Of a DNA stretch of 64,000 nucleotides, positions 49,999 to 60,591 are shown in pieces. The translations under genes and the position numbers were made by a program. The notes below the pieces were generated by a model. That model had not been told where the DNA came from. It worked only from the letters and a program-made list of their open reading frames with translations, and made no database searches. Position 1 is the stretch's first letter. Each line of letters begins with the position of its first letter. This stretch comes from Patescibacteria group bacterium (lineage in GTDB: Bacteria > Patescibacteriota > UBA1384 > 2-12-FULL-50-11): positions 77,107 to 141,106 of the forward strand of contig BOKZ01000001.1 in assembly GCA_016861245.1 (NCBI GenBank), written 5' to 3'.

Positions 49999-51048
49999 GT
50001 GGCAAAAACAATAATCGGGCTCGACATTGCGTACAACTCTTTAAAGGTCTGTGGCCTCAATAAACAGGGCAAGCAGTACCGGCTCGTTGGGATGAACGTC
50101 GCCAACACCCCGGCTGATCCCTGGAAGGCAGAAGAGCTCCAGCAACGCGAAGAGATAGCTAAAATTCTCAAAGACGCTCTCGCTAACGCCAAACCTGGCG
50201 CAATTAACGGTAAAGAACTGATGATCGCACTACCTGAGTTGGTTGTGTTCTCTACTACTGTTGCCATTCCAGCGCTAAGCAAAAAAGATCTCGAACAAGC
50301 ACTGCCGTACGAGATCGCGGAACGATTATCTATTAATCTCGACGAGTATTATATTGATTACGAGATTAGCCCGAGCCTCTGTCGCCCGCTCGTTGATATC
50401 CCAACGCCACAAGAATCAAAAGAGAAGCCCGAAACAAAAGCGCCTGAAAAACCAACCAGCAACGAACCTGAAGACACGACCATTATCGGCGCCGTTGTAT
50501 TTGCCGCGGCGGCGAAAAAGTCGCTGATCGAGTCGTTAATAGAGTTTGCGGAACTTGCTGGGCTGCACTTAGCCGGCGTTGATATTAAAGCCGGGGCCAT
50601 CGCTCGAGCCGTGGTGCCAGATGAAAAGAAAATTCGGTTAATCCTAGATTTGGGCGCCAGCGCAACGGGTGTAAACGTCGTTGAAGGTCTCTCGCCACGA
50701 CTCGTTTCTTCGGTTCCGCTTGGCACAAAAGTTGAGGCGAACAACCCCGAAAACGACCTAGAGAATTTCAAGAAGAAATCTGGGCCGATCTTTGACGAGT
50801 TAGTTCACGTAACCAAATTTTTTGAGAACCGAATCTGTCCGACTGCCAAGATTGAGGAGATACTAATAACTGGCGGCGGCTCAAATATTCAAAACGTAGC
50901 TGGGTACGTCCAGCAGGAAACCGGTTTACCTGTAATTATTGGTAACCCAATGCAGCACATCAGTAGTCCGCACTACCCAGTACCAAAAGATATAGCCGCA
51001 TCGTTTGCTGATAGCTTTGGGTTATCGATGCGAGAACTGACGAAATGA
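49999..51048 (+). CDS. pilM: Type IV pilus assembly protein PilM (actin-like ATPase fold)
   Basis: IIGLDIAYNSLKV...; also ILDLGASATGVNVV and ILITGGGSN. Confidence 0.75.
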   Translation: MAKTIIGLDIAYNSLKVCGLNKQGKQYRLVGMNVANTPADPWKAEELQQREEIAKILKDALANAKPGAINGKELMIALPELVVFSTTVAIPALSKKDLEQALPYEIAERLSINLDEYYIDYEISPSLCRPLVDIPTPQESKEKPETKAPEKPTSNEPEDTTIIGAVVFAAAAKKSLIESLIEFAELAGLHLAGVDIKAGAIARAVVPDEKKIRLILDLGASATGVNVVEGLSPRLVSSVPLGTKVEANNPENDLENFKKKSGPIFDELVHVTKFFENRICPTAKIEEILITGGGSNIQNVAGYVQQETGLPVIIGNPMQHISSPHYPVPKDIAASFADSFGLSMRELTK

Positions 51049-51605
51049 TTAATCTTTTACCGCCAGAGCATAAACAACGCAACCGGATCGCTTCTTTATC
51101 ATACTTAATTGCGTTGGTTTACATCATCGTCGGCGTCGTTGTCTTCGTTGGCGCGGCGGCACTCGCAACGTATAACTTAACTGCTTCGGCTGATATCACC
51201 GGCAAGGAAGATCGGATCGCCGCACTTTCAGAACAAAAGAACAAAGATGACGAAATCGCTACTAAAGCTAACTTTATTAGCGATCGCATTAGTAGTCGGG
51301 GGACGTATCAAGAATCGTTCGCATGGGAAGAAACGCTCGATAGTATCGCAAAAGCCACGCCGAGCGAGGTACGACTAAAGAGCATTAAAAGCACCGTCGA
51401 CTCGAAAACTAAAAAAGTAGCAATTATTCTTCAGGGTATCTCCTCAGATCGACGCTCAGTACTACTGTTTAGAAGTAAACTTGCTGAAGAAAAGACGTTT
51501 AGCGCACCATTTATCCAACAACTCAACGAAGTAGCCACCAACAACAATAAAGAGTTTGATTTCACAATTGAACTAGGAGTACAAACCGATGCTGTTAAAA
51601 AGTAA
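51045..51605 (+). CDS. pilN: PilN-like protein
   Basis: MINLLPPEHKQRNR followed by a TM. It overlaps pilM (ATGA). Confidence 0.6.
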   Translation: MINLLPPEHKQRNRIASLSYLIALVYIIVGVVVFVGAAALATYNLTASADITGKEDRIAALSEQKNKDDEIATKANFISDRISSRGTYQESFAWEETLDSIAKATPSEVRLKSIKSTVDSKTKKVAIILQGISSDRRSVLLFRSKLAEEKTFSAPFIQQLNEVATNNNKEFDFTIELGVQTDAVKK

Positions 51606-52326
51606 ATTCTTTTGGGTTACAACGATTATCTTTCTTGTAGTTGCGCTCGGCGCACTTTGGCGACTCTACCCGCCGATTTTGTCCCAGCTGAAGGAAAATA
51701 ACGAGAAATCTAAGCAGTTAGACGCCGATTTAGAAGCGGCCGAGGCGTACAGCAAGAGTATTGCAGCGCTAAAAGATGAGACAGATCAATTGGATGATGC
51801 GTATCAATTAGCCGAGCGCGCCCTACCTGTTAGTGCCCAGACCGACTTATTATTACTGGAGTTGGAGGGTCTTTTGAACGATCTGGGATTAGGAAGCGTA
51901 AAGATTACCGTGCCGTTCCAAAACACAACACCCGTTTCTAGCACCTCGAGTGCCGACGGCGCAGAGCGACCAGGAGGAGCAGCGACCACTACCAAGCCGG
52001 TCGTAAAAGGCTCGAGCGCGACAACCACATTTACCCTCAACGGAGAGATCACTTACACTCAGCTTAAGACTCTCTTGGCTAGATTGCGAACGTTCTCACG
52101 CTGGAACAAAATTACTTCAATCGATATCGCTAAAGCGGCCGACAAGTACACTACAACTGTCACGGCCGAGTTCTTTACAAAGCCAGCCCCAACTCAGGAG
52201 ACAAGCATTACTTCAGCAAAGATTCTTGAGCAAGCTAAAACGATTTTCGGCGGTCTTCGCGTTTACACAACTAAGCCAGACGCTACCAAAGAGGGTTCGT
52301 ACGGTAAGGGAAATCCGTTCGAGTAG
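51589..52326 (+). CDS. pilO: PilO-like protein (TM plus coiled coil)
   Basis: N-terminal TM and a coiled-coil region. Assigned from its position in the pil operon. Confidence 0.5.
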   Translation: MLLKSKFFWVTTIIFLVVALGALWRLYPPILSQLKENNEKSKQLDADLEAAEAYSKSIAALKDETDQLDDAYQLAERALPVSAQTDLLLLELEGLLNDLGLGSVKITVPFQNTTPVSSTSSADGAERPGGAATTTKPVVKGSSATTTFTLNGEITYTQLKTLLARLRTFSRWNKITSIDIAKAADKYTTTVTAEFFTKPAPTQETSITSAKILEQAKTIFGGLRVYTTKPDATKEGSYGKGNPFE

Positions 52327-53655
52327 CTACAAGCTCGTTTTAATCTCGAGTATCTCGGCTTCGAGACTCTGAAGTTTTGCCACCAGGTGTTCGTAGCCAC
52401 GCTGTAATACTTTGAAATTACTTATCGTCGTATCACCTTCAGCGATTAACGCCGCTACGACGTACGAGAACCCAGCCCGCAAGTCTGGCACCTCAATCTG
52501 GGCGCCATGAAGCTTGGTTGGGCCTTCAATAGTGACGCTTTGACGATAGTTACGCTTGCCGAACCGCGATTTAATTTGATCTGGAGACTCTTCGAAAATT
52601 TTAATTTTTGCTCCCATATCATTCAGCGACTCGGTGTATCCAAACCTGTTTTCGTAAACTGTTTCGTGAACCACCGACTGCCCCTTGGCTTGCGTTAGTG
52701 CCACCACGAACGGCTGTTGCCAGTCGGTCATAAAACCCGGGTGGACATCGGTTTCGAGGGTGATTGGGGTGATGTGCCCATTCTCTCGGTAAAAAGTTAT
52801 CCCATCTCGGTTAACGTCAAAACCGCCGCCGATCTGTCGAAACTTGTTCAAAAATGTCATCATCGGCAGCTGCTGAGCGCCACGGACAAAAATACGGCCG
52901 TTGGTCCCAATCGCCGCACACGCCCAGGAAGCGGTTTCGTTGCGATCCGGCATACCGGTGTGAACCGTTCCCGAGAGCGAATCGACGCCTTCCACGTAAA
53001 TTGTTCGGTCGGTGTCGACTGAAATTATCGCGCCCATTTTCTGAAGCATGGAGATCAAATCCATTATTTCTGGCTCGACAGCGGCGTTATGAAGCTCAGT
53101 TAATCCGTCAGCCAGAACTGTCGAGAGGATCACTTGCTCGGTTGTCCCGACGCTCGGGTATTCCAGGGTAATTGTCGTTCCACGCAGACCTTTCGTTACA
53201 AAGTAACCGCTATCGTCGTTTTCGTTGTAAATTGCGCCCAACTCACGCAACGCTTTAACGTGAAAGTCGACTGGTCTTGGACCGATATTGCAACCGCCTG
53301 AGTGCGGCACCACTGTGCGACCGAAACGATGCAATAGTGGGCCACACATTAAAATTGGGATACGACTCCGGCCAGAGATGCCCTTAAGATCGTTCGGCTT
53401 CATCTCGCGAATATTTTTTGCGGTAATTTGTAAGGTGCCGGGACGAATCTCCTCGATTTCAACACCAAGCCTTCGAAAGATTGTCGACATTATCTCGACG
53501 TCCTCAATCTTGGGCACATCCCGAATGATCACCGGTTCGTCGGTTAATAGCGCTGCTACCATCAACTTTGGTACGACGTTTTTACCGCCACGCAGAACAA
53601 TCTCACCGATTAACGGTTTGCCACCTCGAAGTTTAATATAATCGGACGCGCTCAT
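52327..53655 (-). CDS. murA: UDP-N-acetylglucosamine 1-carboxyvinyltransferase
   Basis: KLRGGKPLIGEIVLRGGKNVVPKLMVAALLTDEPVIIRDVP. The active-site Cys lies in SGGCNIGPRPVDFHV. Confidence 0.9.
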   Translation of the reverse strand: MSASDYIKLRGGKPLIGEIVLRGGKNVVPKLMVAALLTDEPVIIRDVPKIEDVEIMSTIFRRLGVEIEEIRPGTLQITAKNIREMKPNDLKGISGRSRIPILMCGPLLHRFGRTVVPHSGGCNIGPRPVDFHVKALRELGAIYNENDDSGYFVTKGLRGTTITLEYPSVGTTEQVILSTVLADGLTELHNAAVEPEIMDLISMLQKMGAIISVDTDRTIYVEGVDSLSGTVHTGMPDRNETASWACAAIGTNGRIFVRGAQQLPMMTFLNKFRQIGGGFDVNRDGITFYRENGHITPITLETDVHPGFMTDWQQPFVVALTQAKGQSVVHETVYENRFGYTESLNDMGAKIKIFEESPDQIKSRFGKRNYRQSVTIEGPTKLHGAQIEVPDLRAGFSYVVAALIAEGDTTISNFKVLQRGYEHLVAKLQSLEAEILEIKTSL

Positions 53656-53661
53656 CCGACA

Positions 53662-54096
53662 CTACTGTGCCGGCGCCGCAGGAGTCTCACCAGATGGTTT
53701 AGCTTCGCCAGCCGCTTTCTTCTCAAGTACCGCGTGGATTTTTTGGATAACGTCACCTGGCATCGTCTCAGATTTAACGATGTAATCGTCTGCACCGCGA
53801 GTAATGCTTTCCATTTTCTCACGATCCTGAATAAGCGCTGTTAAGACGATAACGGGAATCTCACCTGTCTCCTCTTGCTCTTTCAGGCGCTTTAATACAT
53901 CGAGACCGTTAATTTTCGGCATCATCACGTCAAGCAAAATTAGATTCGGCCGTAAATCGGTTGCTTTTCTAATTGCTTCTTCGCCGTCTTTTGCCATCTC
54001 AACGCTAAAGCCCTCAGCTTTGAGACGCTCGGCGTACATCTCTCGAAGCGTCAGGTCGTCATCAACAAGTAGTATGCTTTTGTATGTATCTGCCAT
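53662..54096 (-). CDS. Single-domain response regulator (CheY-like receiver)
   Basis: ILLVDDD...LILLDVMMPKINGLDVLKRLK. Confidence 0.85.
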   Translation of the reverse strand: MADTYKSILLVDDDLTLREMYAERLKAEGFSVEMAKDGEEAIRKATDLRPNLILLDVMMPKINGLDVLKRLKEQEETGEIPVIVLTALIQDREKMESITRGADDYIVKSETMPGDVIQKIHAVLEKKAAGEAKPSGETPAAPAQ

Positions 54097-54167
54097 TAGT
54101 TCCCTTTCTGTTTCTACCCTAACAAATATGATTAACTTTGCAAATTGGGTGGGGCAATCGGCGTTAT

Positions 54168-56441
54168 TTAAATTTTACCGTCTACGGATTCGGCGATAAT
54201 TGTCGGTACGTCTTTGGTGCCAACTTCAATTTGCGCTTCGGTAATTGGCTTCTCTAAGATTGCCCCTTCAAGCTGTTTCGGCGCTTCTTTCAATAGCGGA
54301 ATCTCAAAGATAAACTTCGAGCCCTTGCCCGCTTCGCTTTCAACCCAAATCTTACCCTTGTGCAACTCCACGAAGTTCTTGCCGATATACAGACCGAGTC
54401 CGGTTCCCTGGTGCTCGTCGATCTCACGCTTAACCTGAGAGAACTTCTGGAAAAGCTTCTTTTGATCTTCCTTGGCGATACCGCGACCGGTGTCGACAAC
54501 TGTCACCCGGATAAAATCGCCTTCGGATTTGCCGATGTTGATTGTCACTCCGCCTTTGTCAGTGAACTTTAACGCGTTACCGGTTAGATTAACGATTACT
54601 TCACGGATGCGGTCGGGATCGCACCAGAGTTTTGGCAAGCCTTTTTCCGCTTCGATCTTCAAGTAAATCTTTTTACTATCTGCTTTAATCTGCAACTCAT
54701 GCACTACGCTCTCGGCTAACTCAACCATGCTTACCTGGGAAAACTTCATCTTCAAACGGCCCTGCTCGATTCGGGAGACGTTCAAAAGGTCGAGAATCAG
54801 CTCAGCCAGACGTTTACTACTGGCGTACGCCCGAGATAGATACTCTTTGCTTTTAGCGTCGACTTTCCCCATCCCCTCGTCGAGAACCATCGAAAGATAG
54901 CCTTCAATCGCTGCTAACGGCGTATTGAGCTCGTGCGAAGCCATCGAGATAAACTCGTCCTTCATCTTGTCTAATTGGCTAAGGTATTCGTTAGCGTCTT
55001 TAAGCTTTTGGAACGCCTGAGCACGTTGAATCGCCAAGCTCATGTCGTCGGCAATGGCCTTAGCGATCTCCACGTCTTTCCCGTGGAGCCGACTTTTCTC
55101 GACCTTATAAACAAACATCATTACCCCAAGCGGCTCGCCGCTGGCATAAAGCGGCAGCGCTACTAAATGTTTGGCTCCGATCAAGCGCTGTAGCGTTTTT
55201 GCCACCGGACGACTAATCGGCGGACAGATAAACGCATCCAGACTGTCGCCCTCGACCATCTTTTTCTCGATGAGCACCTCGTGCAAACCATTAAACTCCT
55301 TCTTTATTGGGTAGCTATATTTTTCTAAATCCTCTCCTACTAGTGAGTAAACTTTGCGGGTAAAGGTGTTGGTCGAGACGGTATAGGCGACAAGGTGACC
55401 GCCGCGGACGATCGAAAGGAAGGCGCCAACGCAGTTTTCTAGTTGAACAGGGATTTCGTCGAGAATTTTCTGCGACATCGCCTTCATATCCATCTCATTC
55501 AGGACGATATCGGATACGCGCTGCAGCGCTGCTAAGCTTTTATTGCGTTGCTCAAGCTCTTTGAGAGTTTCAATTTTTTCCTTCGCTAACTTCTCTATTT
55601 CTTCCCTTTTATCAACTTCAGTTCGAACTGACTTAATAAGAACAATTCCGCCGACCGCAAGTGATAAAGTCAGGAGGCCTCCTGTGACTAATTGACTGCC
55701 TGAAAGTGCGATAGTCTGGACCAAGGCAATAGAAACCACAACACCAACTGCAACTTCTGTTAGCAAGACCTTAATGTTGAATAATCTGGTTTTTAAGATC
55801 GCATATGTAATAGAAATCGGAAAAGCAAGAACGAGTATGTTACCAACTGGTGGTATGTCGATGCCATACCACTGAGGATAGTTTGTTGCCCCACCCAACA
55901 ACCCTACGGTCGCCCCAATAATTAGATACTTTTCCTGCAGTAAATCTACCGCTTTTAACCCCGACTTTCTTGATAATAAGTAAATGGAGAAAACAAGGGC
56001 AGCAAAGAAGAAAACGAGAAAATATATATAAAAATCGCCAGCTATTGGCCAGAAAGTGAACCACCTATTTGGGGCGACTCGAGATATAAAGTTTTCGGAA
56101 ACAAGACTTGCATAGGCAAATGTTGTAGAAAGAATATAACCAGATATAACCGAAAATTTAAACTTTGGATATCTATTTATAAATAGTACAACAAAATGAA
56201 GGTAGAAGACCGGAATGAAGGCAGCCCCCAACATGAATACTTTTGCCCACAAAAGTGCAGCGGTCGGGTCGGTGGCCGAGAAGGAGTTATAGTAACCGAA
56301 TCCCCACACTGCCAGTGATAGACCCAAAAGACCAAACACCCTATTCACAGCAGCGATTGGGTTACTAAATACTACTAGTCCTCCTAGGGCTAGGCTTGCA
56401 ACTGCTATAATTAACCCTGTAAACGCGATGAGTTGTTGCAT
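54168..56441 (-). CDS. Sensor histidine kinase with an N-terminal 7TM sensor domain and a GAF-like region
   Basis: H-box SHELNTPLAAIEGYLSM, N box NLTGNALKFT, G1 DTGRGI, G2 GTGLGL. Confidence 0.9.
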   Translation of the reverse strand: MQQLIAFTGLIIAVASLALGGLVVFSNPIAAVNRVFGLLGLSLAVWGFGYYNSFSATDPTAALLWAKVFMLGAAFIPVFYLHFVVLFINRYPKFKFSVISGYILSTTFAYASLVSENFISRVAPNRWFTFWPIAGDFYIYFLVFFFAALVFSIYLLSRKSGLKAVDLLQEKYLIIGATVGLLGGATNYPQWYGIDIPPVGNILVLAFPISITYAILKTRLFNIKVLLTEVAVGVVVSIALVQTIALSGSQLVTGGLLTLSLAVGGIVLIKSVRTEVDKREEIEKLAKEKIETLKELEQRNKSLAALQRVSDIVLNEMDMKAMSQKILDEIPVQLENCVGAFLSIVRGGHLVAYTVSTNTFTRKVYSLVGEDLEKYSYPIKKEFNGLHEVLIEKKMVEGDSLDAFICPPISRPVAKTLQRLIGAKHLVALPLYASGEPLGVMMFVYKVEKSRLHGKDVEIAKAIADDMSLAIQRAQAFQKLKDANEYLSQLDKMKDEFISMASHELNTPLAAIEGYLSMVLDEGMGKVDAKSKEYLSRAYASSKRLAELILDLLNVSRIEQGRLKMKFSQVSMVELAESVVHELQIKADSKKIYLKIEAEKGLPKLWCDPDRIREVIVNLTGNALKFTDKGGVTINIGKSEGDFIRVTVVDTGRGIAKEDQKKLFQKFSQVKREIDEHQGTGLGLYIGKNFVELHKGKIWVESEAGKGSKFIFEIPLLKEAPKQLEGAILEKPITEAQIEVGTKDVPTIIAESVDGKI

Positions 56442-57451
56442 TAACCTTCTTTACGAAAGCTGCAAATCATATGTATTCCTATTGGCTCAGACACTAATTC
56501 GTAATCATAATAGCCGCTCTCAGCAAGGATCTTCCTGAACTCCTCCTCAGTTCTGTAAATCATCGGCCAATTCATTACGTATCTTAGAAAATACATTTCT
56601 CTATTTGGTTTAACCTGGCTAAAAATAATACTCCCGCCTGGTGCAAGTAATTCTTTTATCTTCTTTAGTAAGTTAACTGCCTTCTCTCTGTTTCTATATT
56701 CAAGGAACCCCACCATCTCGATAATATCTGGTCTATAGTTGCCTAGAAGTTTTTTCATATCAGTTGTACTCCCCACTATCATTTTGCAGCGATTAGCAAC
56801 GCCTAGCTCAGTTGCTAAGCTTTGCGCATAAGCCGACGCAGTAGGATCGAGATCAAGGAGTCTAAATTCGAAATTAACCTGATGTTTATCAACGACCTCA
56901 GCTAGTGTTTCTAATACTGCACGGGCAGATCCACTGGCTATCGATAGTAAGCGTATTGTATCTTGTGATTTTCTTCCTACAATTTCTCTACTCAGGATTT
57001 CCTTTGTTAATCTTAATCTGTTTCTAACAGCCTTAGCATTTTCAAGACCATTCCAGTAAAGAGCAATTCTATCGAGTGACATTTTTTTGGAGAGGTAGTT
57101 AGGCAGGTTGTATATTATTTCTAGTGCCCTCCAGCTATAAGCATTGTCTTTAACGTCACGACATATTTGGCTAATACCGTCAAACCAAAAACTGTTAGTC
57201 TTTAAATTCTTTCCCAAAAAACCTTTCTTAACCGCCGTGATCACTGTAATTATCCAAATAAATAGGATCCGGAATCCAAAGATCGAGGCTGACTTCTCAA
57301 ATTCGTCACCTCCTACACGTGTAGCTGAATTTTTATCCTTTAAAATCTCCGGGTATGACTCTCCCAAGAAATCCTGGTCTATAGGATTAAAAACTGCCTC
57401 ACCAGCGGTATTTTCGCTAATTCTTTCTACCATATGATATAAAAGTAACAT
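56441..57451 (-). CDS. Membrane-associated class I SAM-dependent methyltransferase-like protein, first gene of the two-component-system operon
   Basis: One TM. Motif I-like LLSIASGSARAVLE, FRLLDLDP, LLAPGGSIIFS. Its stop overlaps the histidine-kinase start by 1 nt. The true start may be the internal Met at 57433. Confidence 0.45.
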   Translation of the reverse strand: MLLLYHMVERISENTAGEAVFNPIDQDFLGESYPEILKDKNSATRVGGDEFEKSASIFGFRILFIWIITVITAVKKGFLGKNLKTNSFWFDGISQICRDVKDNAYSWRALEIIYNLPNYLSKKMSLDRIALYWNGLENAKAVRNRLRLTKEILSREIVGRKSQDTIRLLSIASGSARAVLETLAEVVDKHQVNFEFRLLDLDPTASAYAQSLATELGVANRCKMIVGSTTDMKKLLGNYRPDIIEMVGFLEYRNREKAVNLLKKIKELLAPGGSIIFSQVKPNREMYFLRYVMNWPMIYRTEEEFRKILAESGYYDYELVSEPIGIHMICSFRKEG

Positions 57452-57474
57452 AATTACTATAAGTTATATAAGAA

Positions 57475-58854
57475 ATGTCTCTATTCTGGTTTCAGTTTAT
57501 CGTTAGTGCTTTTTTGTTTTGGGTTGGTGTTTACTTGGTTAGTAGGAACATACGGAGCAAAACTGCTTGGGTCATTTTCTTTTTTCTTTTTAGTTTGAGT
57601 TGGTACATACTCGTCGTGGATGCGATTACCCCTCTTTTTACAGATGACCGACTCACCTCAGTATTCTTGTATCATCTTACGAATTGGTCATACATCTTGC
57701 CCATTCCATTGCTGCTCCATTTTGCCTTACTGGTAACACAGAATTACAAAAAATCTATATGGATACAACTATGGTTTATATATTTCATTGCTATTCTGCT
57801 CATAATACTCTCCAGTACTTCAAACCTAGTTATAGACTACAGTTCCCTATTAATTTCAGACGAGAGTTTTGGTGAGTTTTACAAGAGGGGCCCGTTATTT
57901 AATGCAATAGCACTAATCGTGGTATGGGCTATGTCTGCATCACTCTACGCCTACATAACTGCGCGCAGTAAAGTGAATGATAGTCGAAGGAGAGCTAAGT
58001 TTTTATTGCCCATCATTGCCTCTGTGCTCTACATTATTTCAGGGTTGTTTTTAGTCTATGTATATCAAACCGACAACTACTTCCTCGCCGTCTATTCAAC
58101 CTCACCCCTGCTTATTGTGCCTGTGTTCTTTATCGCAGTGTCGATTTTCCACTATGGCCTAATCTCCGACATTGAGGGGTTGTTTGAAATTAAAGAGTTT
58201 ATCTACTTGTCTTGCGCGATTGCCTTAATAACGTTATTACCAGCTATGGTTTTCAGCCAACATATTATTCCTGAAGTGGGTCGAAACGCTCAAGCAATAC
58301 TTGGTGCATTTGTGTTCTTTTATATCTTCTCTCACAGCTTCTACGATTGGTTCACAACTTTCTTAAGGGACTTACTATATAACACCGGAAAAGGATTCTC
58401 GCTAATTACCGATTCGGACGTCAGCAACTTAATAAAAGATTTTCATGTACCAGAAAAGCTAGAAGTAAATCCTCTAACTAAATTTAAAATAACGAAACAA
58501 GCTGCCGATAATGGAAAATTAGTAGACTCAGCCCAGGCTATTGTTCGTGAAGCGATCGAATACTTTAAACAGTCAGATTACCCAAGACGCACGAAGCAGA
58601 ATCTGAAATATCAAATACTTAAGATGTTAGCGCTCGACAGTGCTGAGGAGGGTCAGATTCTTTGGGAGTTGGGGTTCGACGGGTACCCGATGAAGATACT
58701 CGCCGGCGAGAACCAAACACGAAAGCCGTTATTTAGAATCGAGTCGATGAGCGATTATACAGCTACATCCCGAAACGCTTTCATTGCGTTAAAGAAAGAA
58801 GCAATCCACGACTTAGCATGGAGGCTAAGCTATCTGGAAAGACATTCCAATTAG
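57475..58854 (+). CDS. Orphan 7TM sensor-domain membrane protein (paralogue of the histidine-kinase N-terminus) with a C-terminal soluble domain of unknown function
   Basis: FLYHLTNWSYILPIPLLLHFALLVTQNYKK aligns with the kinase segment LLWAKVFMLGAAFIPVFYLHFVVLFINRYPK. About 8 TM. No HisKA/HATPase domain. Low GC. Confidence 0.6.
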   Translation: MSLFWFQFIVSAFLFWVGVYLVSRNIRSKTAWVIFFFLFSLSWYILVVDAITPLFTDDRLTSVFLYHLTNWSYILPIPLLLHFALLVTQNYKKSIWIQLWFIYFIAILLIILSSTSNLVIDYSSLLISDESFGEFYKRGPLFNAIALIVVWAMSASLYAYITARSKVNDSRRRAKFLLPIIASVLYIISGLFLVYVYQTDNYFLAVYSTSPLLIVPVFFIAVSIFHYGLISDIEGLFEIKEFIYLSCAIALITLLPAMVFSQHIIPEVGRNAQAILGAFVFFYIFSHSFYDWFTTFLRDLLYNTGKGFSLITDSDVSNLIKDFHVPEKLEVNPLTKFKITKQAADNGKLVDSAQAIVREAIEYFKQSDYPRRTKQNLKYQILKMLALDSAEEGQILWELGFDGYPMKILAGENQTRKPLFRIESMSDYTATSRNAFIALKKEAIHDLAWRLSYLERHSN

Positions 58855-58859
58855 TTCAA

Positions 58860-60029
58860 TTACTTATAAATAATTTTTGAAAGATTGCTTGGTGCGAATA
58901 TCTCAGAATATATCCTTCTGGTCATCTCTGGCGTGATATTTTTGAAACTAATCATATGTTCCTTGTAATTCAACTCTTTGCCTTCGTATAAAATATCGTC
59001 TAGCGCGTTACTGAAGTACTCACCATTGTTCTGTTGTATTTGTTTAAAATATTCACTATTTCTTCTCTTATGCTTTTCTATTACAGCCTTAGACAACCCC
59101 ATCTCTGATAAATGTTTCAGCGAGCTCATTAGTATATTTGTCGCTTCATCAACCACATGAGGCATACATACAATTGATATAACGGCTTGCCCATAACTAA
59201 GGCCTATCCAGTGATTGTAATCCAACGAGTAGACACCTAACTTTCGTAACATAAGGAACGGACTGTGTTTTGAATGTCCACGCAGCTCACGCAGTGCAAG
59301 GTTTACGGCTATTCTCTTCTCTCTTTCATCGCAGTACCCAAACGTTTTCATCGCCAAGTAAATTAGTACTTGTCCCTTAGCATCACTTGGTAATTCCTCA
59401 ACACTTTCAATGCGAGGTCCAACTGTCACGAAACTAGGAATGACACTTTTAGAATTATCTGGAAAGTTACTGCTAACCAAAGAAGAGATGTGGTGTCGAT
59501 CTTTTTTTGACAAACCGTTATATCCGACTATAACCGTGACTGGGCCTTGATTTATTATCCCCCGATGGTACTGTGCAAGCTCACCAAGCTGAAACCTAGG
59601 CACATTCTCGATCTCCCTATAAACACTACTATAATGTGCGAGCGTTTTCGTGAGCACACCTTGAAATAGCTTGTTGTATAACACCGCTTCACTGGATTTC
59701 ATTTCGTTGATTAACGCCTGCTTCTCGAAATTCAGCAATTCCTCTTGAGTAAAATCTGGCTTAGTGACATATAGCAAAAAATTTTCCAACTGCTTAAAAA
59801 GTTTTTTCTTTGTCGTATTCAGCGAGAACCACAGAAAGTCCCTATCGATGTATGCGTTAGTATCCAGATTGTAATGTTTCTGAAAAATCCCGCCGTTTAT
59901 ATAGTGGTCAAGTAGGTGACCAATCCCTTGATTATCCCTATTCTCGCTATCCCGGCCCGCATTGGTAAAAACGCGAATAAATACTTCATTGCTTTTTCGA
60001 GGTAGCCTTACAAAATGAATTTCAGTCAT
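58860..60029 (-). CDS. M16 (pitrilysin)-family peptidase-like protein with an HLLDH variant of the HxxEH zinc motif
   Basis: GIGHLLDHYINGG, then NLDTNAYIDRDFLWF, then EKQALINEM, which is the M16 N-terminal-domain motif order. Low-GC region. Confidence 0.55.
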   Translation of the reverse strand: MTEIHFVRLPRKSNEVFIRVFTNAGRDSENRDNQGIGHLLDHYINGGIFQKHYNLDTNAYIDRDFLWFSLNTTKKKLFKQLENFLLYVTKPDFTQEELLNFEKQALINEMKSSEAVLYNKLFQGVLTKTLAHYSSVYREIENVPRFQLGELAQYHRGIINQGPVTVIVGYNGLSKKDRHHISSLVSSNFPDNSKSVIPSFVTVGPRIESVEELPSDAKGQVLIYLAMKTFGYCDEREKRIAVNLALRELRGHSKHSPFLMLRKLGVYSLDYNHWIGLSYGQAVISIVCMPHVVDEATNILMSSLKHLSEMGLSKAVIEKHKRRNSEYFKQIQQNNGEYFSNALDDILYEGKELNYKEHMISFKNITPEMTRRIYSEIFAPSNLSKIIYK

Positions 60030-60051
60030 TAATTAGGAAAAATAGAAATCA

Positions 60052-60474
60052 TTACTTTTTCTTGAGAAACCATTTAATCGATTCACCTGGATAGCCGTAT
60101 ATTTCCCCAGTGCGGCAGACGTAACTTTCTCGGGACAATTTCCCGCTGCGATAACTCTGTATAACCCTATCCATTTCCCGCATCTTTTCTGCGGCGTCTT
60201 TCCTGTAGACATGTAGTAAGTATCTGTCTTCGCCATGCTTACTCAATGCAACTTCACAACCATACCCCTTAGCAAGTTGCTTTAGCTCTACAAAGCCTCC
60301 GTTACTAATATCGTTTCTATTAAGTCCAGTGTCTAGACATGCGATGTCTCTTGTTCTGTTTCTAATTAATAACGCATATACAACCAGCTGCCCGGCCAAA
60401 AAAGCCTGCCTATGTTCTCCATATTTATATCTTATAGGTTGCATATAATAATTATACTTGGTCGCCGTATCCAC
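60052..60474 (-). CDS. Hypothetical 140-aa basic protein
   Basis: GTG start. I recognise no motif. Low GC. Confidence 0.4.
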   Translation of the reverse strand: MDTATKYNYYMQPIRYKYGEHRQAFLAGQLVVYALLIRNRTRDIACLDTGLNRNDISNGGFVELKQLAKGYGCEVALSKHGEDRYLLHVYRKDAAEKMREMDRVIQSYRSGKLSRESYVCRTGEIYGYPGESIKWFLKKK

Positions 60475-60489
60475 CAGCGACCAAGCTGG

Positions 60490-60573
60490 TTACTCTTCGT
60501 AGCCACAGTTTGGGCAAACCCAACCGTCGTCATCCTCTATCATCTCTTCATCGCAATTCGGGCAATTCATCAT
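60490..60573 (-). CDS. 27-aa zinc-ribbon micro-protein (MMNCPNCDEEMIEDDDGWVCPNCGYEE)
   Basis: AGGAG lies 6 nt upstream of ATGATG. The pattern is CxxC-x14-CxxC. It falls below the ORF-track cutoff. Confidence 0.45.
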   Translation of the reverse strand: MMNCPNCDEEMIEDDDGWVCPNCGYEE

Positions 60574-60591
60574 AGTCTCCTGTAAGGTACT

